Source: Azolla caroliniana (taxonomy: Eukaryota; Plantae; Polypodiophyta). Taken from it: a stretch of DNA of 64,000 bases. Below are positions 38,921 to 47,500 of the stretch, in pieces. Where the stretch lies: NCBI GenBank assembly GCA_043228905.1, contig JBHGNT010000002.1, forward strand, positions 4,650,001-4,714,000, written 5' to 3'. The notes under the pieces are model-generated. The model had not been told where the DNA came from. It did not search any database and saw only the letters and a program-made list of their open reading frames with translations. The number at the start of each line of letters is the position of its first letter. The first letter of the stretch is position 1. The translations under genes were made by a program, and so were the position numbers.

Positions 38921-41119
38921 ATGGCGTCCTCAAGCAACCAAGCGGGAGAGCTCGAAAGGATGATGCTAATCGTCGAGCAAATGATGAGATCTCGGGACAA
39001 CGACGCGAGCGTGGAGAAGGCTGTCGATCGTGTCGTAGAGCTCGAGGGCCAATTCGATGGAAGGAACGTTATGAAGTTCCTTGATGCATATAAGAGGGAG
39101 ATGAATCAAAGGGACGTGTCCGAGGCACGTCAAATCGCAAGCTTCAAGAGAGTTGTCACCAACAACATCCAAAGACGCATCATCGAGCTTCAAGAAGGAA
39201 AGACAACATGGTCCGAGTTCGAGAAAACGATACTAGCGGAGTTCGTGACTGAAGACTCAACGAGGAGGACTCGACATGCCCTGATGAAGTGGATAGAGAA
39301 GAAGAATAAGAAGATGAGCGTCTCGAGGGTGTACGACGAATTCGACCAGATGTTTAGTCATCTCCCCAATACGGACCAAGTATTGCTTGAAGAGGACAAG
39401 ACTTTGTACTTCTTGAAGGCCATGGACATAAAGGATAGACGGGAGTTGGGGACTCTTCTCGAAGATGATACCCAAGCAAATGGGCTCGTAGCGGACTGGA
39501 TCGCGGTGAAGCGGGCATGCAATAGGCTCGACAAGCGTCGCCAATGGGTTGATGACACCGACTTGATGGGACCGACTACCACGGAGAAAGCAAGACCGCC
39601 GAAAGTAGCTGAGCCGCCAAGACAAAGTAACGTGGAAGAAAAGAAGATTGATGACGACATCATTGAAGAGCTAGCGAAGAAGTTCGAGAAGGTCACTCTA
39701 GCCAACATGAATCGTCGGGGCCCTAAAGGAAAAGAACCCTTTAGATGCGTGTGGTGCGATAGCATGGACCACATGAGAAGGGATTGTGCGAGCCTTCGAG
39801 AGGCGATTCGACAAAATATCGTATACATAGAGGACAACATGATCTGCTCACGCGAGACTAGAAGACCCCTACGGGTGAATTTCGGAAGAGGAGGAATGAA
39901 GAAATCTATGGAGGATGCCGATGCGACTCATGTGGATGCGATGCACTATGTTGCGTCGGCCGGAATAAGAGTCGGGAAAGACAAGACTGAAGCTGCTAGA
40001 GCGGGAGCAAAGTTTTGGACTTCCGTTCTCGAATATGAGAAGAGGGGAAAAGTCACATCGAACGAGGTAGAGCTTGCGGACCGAAGCGTTCAAAGCATAA
40101 CCGGGTGGTCGGATCCGGTGGATGACAACACCATACTCGCAGAGGTGATGTGCGACAACCACGAGGTGTTCGTCGAAGAAAAGAGAAAGAGAATAGAAGA
40201 GCAAGGCCCATCTAAAAGACATGAAACAAGGAACGCGAAAAAGAAGGACGATGCGGAGACGAGTCAACCTTTACAAACGGAGGAACGAGAATCAAGCCGA
40301 AAAAGGGAGCCGAGCATACGAGTTGAAGAAACTGTTCGGCCCGTGAAGGTTGGTGTTGAAGACCCCACTCGGAGGACAAGGACCATACCTACCTATAAGC
40401 TAAGGTCGGACATAGAGCAGACGACGGACCTAAAGAAGATTCTCGAAGAACGAGTTCTTGATAGCCACGTAACTTTGTCCTTGAGGGAATTGCTTGGCAT
40501 TACGAAGAAGGAGTTCCATGACACGATCGTGGACCTTGTTAAGAGAAAGAGACAACAATCGGACGAGGAAGAAGAGAAGCCGCAGAAAGCAAAAACGAAT
40601 GCCATAACGATGGCAAGAGACGAAATCGATGAAGATATGGTGGACAGCCACTACACTCGACCTCATTGGGCACGAGCGACAACGGAGACGCCGGTGAAGA
40701 TCGGGGAGAAGAAAGAGATCGTCGTAGCCTTGATCGACCACGGCTCGGAGATCAACCTCATGTCAACCGACTTCTACAAAAAGGGAAGATGGCCAATCAA
40801 TACAAACCACGGATGGAAGATTCGTGCGGCAACAAAGTCTACGGAGGACTTGTACGGAGCTTGTCCCAATATCAAAGTCACGATCGGGGATGTGGAGATG
40901 GAACAACACTTCTTCGTACAAGAATCGGCGTCGCATCCTGTCATCCTAGGGCAACCTTATATCACATCATCTCGGATGGAGACCAAAGTGTTCGATAATG
41001 GAGCAGCCTTCGCACGAATAAAGAGTCTTGACAACCAAAGATCGGTCCAATTCCTAACGGTGCGAGCCAATCATGAAAGGAATCGAGATAGTCTCGGAGG
41101 TGAATCCTCGGATTTTTAG
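38921..41119 (+). CDS. Gypsy-B ORF1: Gag (CCHC knuckle) plus aspartic protease
   Basis: Uninterrupted ORF; CVWCDSMDHMRRDC; ALIDHGSEINLM ... VILG. Confidence 0.9.
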   Translation: MASSSNQAGELERMMLIVEQMMRSRDNDASVEKAVDRVVELEGQFDGRNVMKFLDAYKREMNQRDVSEARQIASFKRVVTNNIQRRIIELQEGKTTWSEFEKTILAEFVTEDSTRRTRHALMKWIEKKNKKMSVSRVYDEFDQMFSHLPNTDQVLLEEDKTLYFLKAMDIKDRRELGTLLEDDTQANGLVADWIAVKRACNRLDKRRQWVDDTDLMGPTTTEKARPPKVAEPPRQSNVEEKKIDDDIIEELAKKFEKVTLANMNRRGPKGKEPFRCVWCDSMDHMRRDCASLREAIRQNIVYIEDNMICSRETRRPLRVNFGRGGMKKSMEDADATHVDAMHYVASAGIRVGKDKTEAARAGAKFWTSVLEYEKRGKVTSNEVELADRSVQSITGWSDPVDDNTILAEVMCDNHEVFVEEKRKRIEEQGPSKRHETRNAKKKDDAETSQPLQTEERESSRKREPSIRVEETVRPVKVGVEDPTRRTRTIPTYKLRSDIEQTTDLKKILEERVLDSHVTLSLRELLGITKKEFHDTIVDLVKRKRQQSDEEEEKPQKAKTNAITMARDEIDEDMVDSHYTRPHWARATTETPVKIGEKKEIVVALIDHGSEINLMSTDFYKKGRWPINTNHGWKIRAATKSTEDLYGACPNIKVTIGDVEMEQHFFVQESASHPVILGQPYITSSRMETKVFDNGAAFARIKSLDNQRSVQFLTVRANHERNRDSLGGESSDF

Positions 41120-44100
41120 AGCGGACTATTGAAGCATGGGGCACAAATAGTCCGAACAATCACAAGACCCCACAAGAAAGAAGAGTGCGTGGATTGCAAG
41201 GAGAAGCGACATGTGTCACACCTAGTGGCGCATGTAAACTAGTACTACCCGACAAGAAGCACAAGCACTGGATACAAGAATTCGAGAAGATGCTGAAAGA
41301 AGAGAACATAATAGAAGAAGAGGAGTTCGTGACTCATATTATGGAAGAAGCCTCATTTAACGACACCATCGGCGAAATCGAGGACGTCGTGGACTTGAGC
41401 TATCTTCACAACCAATGCGTGATTTCGGTTAACTCCGTCAACATGTACGCTATCATCGATGGATACCGTCGTGGCATCTCGATGAAGGAAGCTGACATCA
41501 ACACGAAATATAAAACGGTTGATAAGAAGATCAAGCCAGTTGCGGTTCCGCTACCGGAAGATAGCTGGCAAAAGATGAAGGAAGTCGCTAACGATCCAAG
41601 CTTAAGAGATCCGAAGAAGATAGGTCATGACTTCACCAAAGAGACAAAGGGGAAGCTACGAGTTGGAAAGGAGGATTTCCTTCTCCCTGAAGAGGAGCGA
41701 ATGTTTCGCGATATGCTTGAGAGACATGGGAAGGCTTTCGCATTCTTCCCACGAGAAATCGGATGCGCCGACCCAAAGGTTATAGAGCCAATGGTGATCT
41801 TCACGGTGCCTCACGTGCCTTGGAATTTGAAACCGATACCGGTTCCGAGAGCACACCTTCCGAAGTTGATCGAGCTCTTAAAGGAGAAGGTGAGTATGGG
41901 AATTCTAGAACCGTCGAATGCTCCTTATTCCAATAGGTGGTTCACGGTGCCGAAGAAGAATGGATCATTGCGATTCATCCAAGATCTTCAACCCGTCAAC
42001 AAGGTGACAATTCGAAATGCCGGAATCGGTCCGAGCGTGGACGAATTTGCCGAAGCGTTTGCGGGCCGGTCCATCTACTCCATTGGCGATCTCTACTCCG
42101 GATATGACCAATTCCAATTGGCGATCGACAGTCGGGACATTACAACCATGAGGACTCCGATCGGGCTTGTGCGGATGTGTACCTTACCCCAAGACGCAAT
42201 GAACTCGGTGGCTCATATGGTGAATGCCATGAATAAAGTCTTGAAGGATTGCATTCCGGACATCACGATGCCATTCTTGGATGATATTCCGATAAAAGGA
42301 TGTTCAGATGAATCGAAAGATAAGGAAGGTTGTAGAAAGTTCGTTGCGGATCATATGAAAGATTGCGAGAAGGTGCTTCAAAGGCTAGAAGATGCGAATT
42401 TGACATTTTCGGGAGAAAAATCCGCATTCGGGCAACCAGAGATCTTGGTGGTAGGTCACTTGTGTGGAGCATACGGCCGAAAGCCCTCGCCATCCAAAGT
42501 GAACGCAATCCAAGACATGAAAGAAGAATGCGAAAACCAAACGGAGGTTCGAAGGTTCCTTGGAGCGTGCGCGTTTTATCATATATGTATTCCTCACTAC
42601 GCTCATGTCGCCGAACCGTTATATGGACTACTAAAGAAAAGAATAAAGTTCGAATGGCGAGACGAGCACACAGAGGCGATGCGAAGATTAAAGAAACTGC
42701 TTCTTGAAGCTCCGGCACTAAGGAAGGCCGACTATGCTGAAGGGAAACCAATTTACGTGACCGTAGATACGAGCCCAACCGGAATCGGGTGGGTCATCAA
42801 TCAAGAAGGTGAAGATAATGCGCGATATGCCGTCCGGTTCGGAGCAAAGGTTCTCAGTGAACGGCAACAAAGATATGCCCAAGTCAAGCGGGAACTTTGG
42901 GGTATTGTGTCGGCAGTGAAGACGGACAAAGATTACCTGATCGGGTCAGAAGTGATAATAGAGACAGATTGTCTCCCAATTCTCGGAATGGTCTCGGGAT
43001 GTGCGACCCCAGATCTTGCTATGCTAAGGTGGATCGCCTACATCAAGTCTTTAAACCCAGAGATCCGTCACATCGCAGGGAAGAAGAACGTCATGGCTGA
43101 CATGCTCTCGAGGGCAAGATTTTCAAATGGAAGTAACATGGTTTCGGAAGATGAAGATGTCGCCCTCGACTTCTTCAAGATTGCTCGATTGTCGGCGGAA
43201 GACCAGGACACGCAAACCCTCCACGCCTTCAACGAGAACGAGTACGAAGGAGAGTGGTTACTCATCGGTAGATTCCTAAGAACATTGACGACAGATGCTT
43301 CGTTGACAAAGGAGGAGGCCCTACGAATCCGAAAGAAAGCTTATCGATACTTCTTGAAGGGAGGATTCCTTTGGCGACATCCAAAAAGAAGGACAGGAAT
43401 ACCACGTCGAGTGGTGGTAAAGAAAGAAGAGCAAGAGATGCTGATGACCGAATTCCACGAGAGTGCTTGGGCAGGTCATAGAGGAACATGGGCGACGTTC
43501 GAAAAATTGAAGGAGAAGTATTGGTGGCCAAGCATGTACAAAGATGTACTCCATTTCGTGTCCACATGTGAAACTTGCCAAATATATTCAAATATACGTC
43601 ATCGTGATGAGTTAAAGCCAACATACCCACTCACCATTCACTTCAAATGGATGGTGGATCTGGTCTCGATGCCAATGGGAGTGGGACAAATGAAGTACTT
43701 AGCGCTCGCAAGGGAAGACTTGAAAAATCAAGTGGAAGGACGAGCCTTGACAAATAAGACGACTTCAGCCGTTTGTAAATTTTTACTTGAAGATGTTGTT
43801 TGCCGATATGGATGTGTAGGGAAGATAGTGGCCGACCGAGGGGAGTTGGACGCGCACGAAGCGACGGAGCTCTTCGAAAGACTAGGCGTGAAGCTCTCCC
43901 TCACGACTGCCTACAATCCGGAAGCAAATGGGAAGATTGAGCGAGGGCATGGACCTATCGTTAAAGCCATCGTATGGGCATGCAACGGTCGAGTCGGGAA
44001 TTGGCCACGACTATTACCCTATGCCTTGTGGGCCGATAGAACGACACATAGCTCGGTGACAGGGTATATGCCGACAGAGCTTATGTATGGACAAAAGCCG

Positions 44101-44592
44101 ATTATGCCCATCGAAAGGACGATTGCCTCATGGGTAGCGATACCATGGGAGAACGAGATGAGCCGAGAAGAGTTATTAGCGGCGCGGATAAGGAAACTTG
44201 AAAGAAGACCTGAAGATTTAGAAAAAGCGCAAAAGATGATGAAGGCAGCCCGAGTAAAGAACAAAGTTCGGTTCGACAACACGCATCGACTTCGTCCCAA
44301 GAAGATTGAAGAAGGGGATTGGGTTTTGGTTTACGACAGCACCCTTGACAATCAACATAGTACAACAAGGAAGTTCGCAAGAAGATGGTTCGGGCCGTAT
44401 GTGGTGACAAGTGCCAACGATAATGCCACATACCACCTTGCGGAACTAGACGGATCAAGGTTGGCCGTACCCATTGTGGGGAAAAGAGTAAAGCTTTTCA
44501 AGAAAAGACAAGACAAGGATCCTGACCTCGATTACCTCGACGATGAACATAATAGGCCGGATGAAAATGAAGACATGGAGGAATCTAATTGA
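41110..44592 (+). CDS. Gypsy-B ORF2 pol (RT, RNase H, integrase), predicted to be reached by -1 frameshift
   Basis: -1 frame open from GGA at 41110 to the stop at 44592; RT PFLDD, RH VDTS, INT H-H-C-C and DDE, GPY. Confidence 0.9.
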   Translation, partial: GFLERTIEAWGTNSPNNHKTPQERRVRGLQGEATCVTPSGACKLVLPDKKHKHWIQEFEKMLKEENIIEEEEFVTHIMEEASFNDTIGEIEDVVDLSYLHNQCVISVNSVNMYAIIDGYRRGISMKEADINTKYKTVDKKIKPVAVPLPEDSWQKMKEVANDPSLRDPKKIGHDFTKETKGKLRVGKEDFLLPEEERMFRDMLERHGKAFAFFPREIGCADPKVIEPMVIFTVPHVPWNLKPIPVPRAHLPKLIELLKEKVSMGILEPSNAPYSNRWFTVPKKNGSLRFIQDLQPVNKVTIRNAGIGPSVDEFAEAFAGRSIYSIGDLYSGYDQFQLAIDSRDITTMRTPIGLVRMCTLPQDAMNSVAHMVNAMNKVLKDCIPDITMPFLDDIPIKGCSDESKDKEGCRKFVADHMKDCEKVLQRLEDANLTFSGEKSAFGQPEILVVGHLCGAYGRKPSPSKVNAIQDMKEECENQTEVRRFLGACAFYHICIPHYAHVAEPLYGLLKKRIKFEWRDEHTEAMRRLKKLLLEAPALRKADYAEGKPIYVTVDTSPTGIGWVINQEGEDNARYAVRFGAKVLSERQQRYAQVKRELWGIVSAVKTDKDYLIGSEVIIETDCLPILGMVSGCATPDLAMLRWIAYIKSLNPEIRHIAGKKNVMADMLSRARFSNGSNMVSEDEDVALDFFKIARLSAEDQDTQTLHAFNENEYEGEWLLIGRFLRTLTTDASLTKEEALRIRKKAYRYFLKGGFLWRHPKRRTGIPRRVVVKKEEQEMLMTEFHESAWAGHRGTWATFEKLKEKYWWPSMYKDVLHFVSTCETCQIYSNIRHRDELKPTYPLTIHFKWMVDLVSMPMGVGQMKYLALAREDLKNQVEGRALTNKTTSAVCKFLLEDVVCRYGCVGKIVADRGELDAHEATELFERLGVKLSLTTAYNPEANGKIERGHGPIVKAIVWACNGRVGNWPRLLPYALWADRTTHSSVTGYMPTELMYGQKPIMPIERTIASWVAIPWENEMSREELLAARIRKLERRPEDLEKAQKMMKAARVKNKVRFDNTHRLRPKKIEEGDWVLVYDSTLDNQHSTTRKFARRWFGPYVVTSANDNATYHLAELDGSRLAVPIVGKRVKLFKKRQDKDPDLDYLDDEHNRPDENEDMEESN

Positions 44593-47500
44593 TCATCGTA
44601 GCCGAAATCTCACTTCTTCTCTTCTTGGCACGTACCGGAGGACGTGCGGTTTGGTGGGGGTGGATGTCGTGAAGATTTTCGGCAATAGTGTGAAAATCCC
44701 ATAAAACGTACAAAATCGAGTATGAATCACGTAATACAATAATTGTGAAGATAACATTTTTAATATCTAAGTACAAAATGATGGAGGTTTCGAATGCACT
44801 TTATTACACGAGAAATAGACAACTAAATGTCAAGATATGAGGGTATAAAGTTTGTGAAAAGAAAAGAGAAAATTGTGAGATATCCCACATAGGCACGACA
44901 AATACGGCTCTCATCATATATAAGGTGGAGCAAAAGATATTATCTTTGTGTCTATGTGTGGAGCATAGAGAGTTCAAGGTAACTTGAACTTAGAGTGGAG
45001 GTGGCTAGCTACTCGAAAAGGGTTTTGGCCAACCAAAACCGGACCGGCGATGGAGCCGGTGATCCGACGGCATCCGACCGCAATTCGACGGCGGCGGCGG
45101 CATCCGGCAATGGTATCCGGCGAACCGGCGACTTGATAAAATAAATATATAAAAATATATACATATTTACATATACAAAGAGGGCAAGTATGGATTCGAA
45201 CCTTGCACCTCCAAGTTAGGAGTCAAATGGCTTACCATTAAGCCATGGTATTTAGTTAAAATTATATTTCTATCATTGTACTTTTACATGTAAATTCTCA
45301 TCCATGAGAGCTAAAATGAGTGACATGGTTAGCATGCACCACATGTAATACTTAAGCGCCAAATGGCAAACATGCAATTTATGCATGTCTTGTACCCTCA
45401 CATGCATCATATGCATGAGAGCATCTATAAAAGAGGGAAGGGGGAGGAGAAAAATACGGTTTTTTTTATGAAAATTAAGAGGAAGAAATTCGTTATCAAA
45501 TTGATCGTGTAATCTCAACTTCTCTCTTTTCCAATCTATCTTAAGTACTTTCTCGCCAAAGCTTGTATCGACTCTAAATCCTTCTGGTCCAGAACCCCGG
45601 CGGTTCCGCCTCACGATCCGCGCGTAGTGACGGATCTTCACGACAGCGTGTTAGATATAATCAATTATCAGCCCCAAGTTGTAAATCTATCCCCATATGT
45701 GCTCTTAGAGTGCACATTTTGTGATAGCACCCCAAATGAGGAGCGGCTAGTGTGCAACTCGACCATATGGGTCGATAAGGTGTTAATCTAGGAAATTGTA
45801 GATGCGTAGGACACAATGTATTTAGGAAAGAGAGAAATAGGTAATATGATTGGCTAATCAAGTCAACTAGAATATTTTGTGGGCAAGTTACGATGTACTT
45901 AGTCTTGACGTATGCATCATTGACTTCAAGATAAGTACTATCTAGCACTAGCCTGTACCTAGGTAGTTGGTGATATTAAATGACAAGTCAGTTGACTAAA
46001 AAGGAATATCTCCACTACTATCAACTGACTTGCACATTTAATGTTATAATTAGACCAAACATAGAAAGCAATCCACTTTCTTTTCACAGTGGTTGGCTTG
46101 ATTATCGGTCCCCACTAATTTTGTAGTGAGCTGGTCCATATCCTATCTAAGCTCTTAGGTGTGAGTGCATGGGAAAACTACCATTGTGAGCTACTCTCAT
46201 ATGTAATAGAAGTTTTGTTTTCATATATCCCATCTCTGTAGTTGTAACTCTATATACCTATCTAATCGATTCTCAATATTTCTAACATAACCAACTATGC
46301 CTAAAGTATTGTTCGGGCCAAATAGGATGTCATAGTCTTTTGTGCCCACCAGATATCTAAACACATGCTTTATTGCGTTCCAATGCGATCAGTCGAGATT
46401 GTGCATAAATGTGTTGATGACTCCTACGACGTGGGCAAAGTCAGGCCATGACATGACCATCGCGTACATCAAGGAGCCAACTACCGGTGCATATGGTACC
46501 GACTTCATATCTTCCCCCTCCGAACCGGATGTTGAGCAGTCTCATTGAGACAATCGAAGACTAATTGGGAGCGGGGTTGAAGCAGATTTGGTTGATTGAA
46601 TGTTGAAGCATTCTAAGACACGTCCAATAGTCGTCTTGAGACAGAAACAACAGTCGTCGATTTCGAATTTGACTTATCTTCATCCCCAGAATGTGGCTTG
46701 TTGGATCGAGGTCCTTCATGGCAAACTTCAACCGCAGTTGCCAAACGAGTTCGGCTAGCTCTTCGGCATGTCAGCCGGAGAGTAGCATGTCATCCACGTA
46801 AATGATGAGGAAGATGGGTGACCCATGTTGAGTTGTTTTGGTGAAGAGGTAGTGGTCCTCATTGCTCTTGAAGAAGCCAACCAATTGGATGAAGTCGTCG
46901 AACTTTCTTATATCACTACTGTCATGCCTGCTTCAGACCGTATAGACTCTTCCTGAGTCGGCAAACTAGATGTTCTTGGCTAGATACCACAAAGCCTTTC
47001 GGCTACTCAAAATCAATTTGAAGGTCATTTAAACTCCAAGTTCTCGGTTGCCACGACGTCAAGCATAAAGCAAAGGGTTGTCATTTTCACCACTGGTGAA
47101 AAGATTTCGTCCAAATCGACGCCATATTCCTGTCGAAACCCTTTCACTACTAATCTGGCCTTGAATTTAGGGGTGGTTGAATCATACGTCTCTTTTAGTC
47201 TATAGACCCACTTGCATGGAAGAACACATGGATTCTTCGGTAATTCGACCATGTCCCAAGTCTGATTTTGTTGAATGCAGATCATTTCCGACTCCATTGC
47301 TAGATGCCAAGTAGTTGAATTGGTTGATGTCGGCATTCGTAAAGAAGACTCCGGAGAGTATCTCTCGGGAGGTTGCGATAGTCTCTTGGACCTTCTCAAT
47401 ATGATTGGACTAGTCGCATTGAGTGTCTGGCTCAGATGGTCTAAAGCCGAAACATTCGACTATGCCAAATCAGTCATAGTTGATTCAGTGCTAGAGGATT

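Larger units (their letters stand above)
37825..45645 (+). mobile_element. Gypsy-B, full-length, inserted at the Copia-1 PPT/3' LTR junction
   Basis: LTRs 37825-38853 and 44665-45645 with 12-bp terminal IR TGTCGTGAAGAT..ATCTTCACGACA; 4-bp TSD GCGT; tRNA-Trp PBS 38862-38879. Confidence 0.95.
14724..46287 (+). mobile_element. Copia-1, inserted in Copia-0 at the RT/RNase H junction
   Basis: 639-bp LTRs 14724-15362 and 45649-46287; TSD TAAAC/TAACC (1 mismatch), and removal restores host GIVGYTD; PBS TGGTATTAGAGC 15363-15374; PPT TTGAGGGGG near 37813. Confidence 0.92.

Noticed and set aside
23778-45641. Short ORFs within LTRs and antisense to pol as accessory or env-like genes
   Set aside because: They arise from repeats, LTR duplication or the GC-rich antisense strand; no recognisable domains, and there is no room for an extra ORF between INT and PPT
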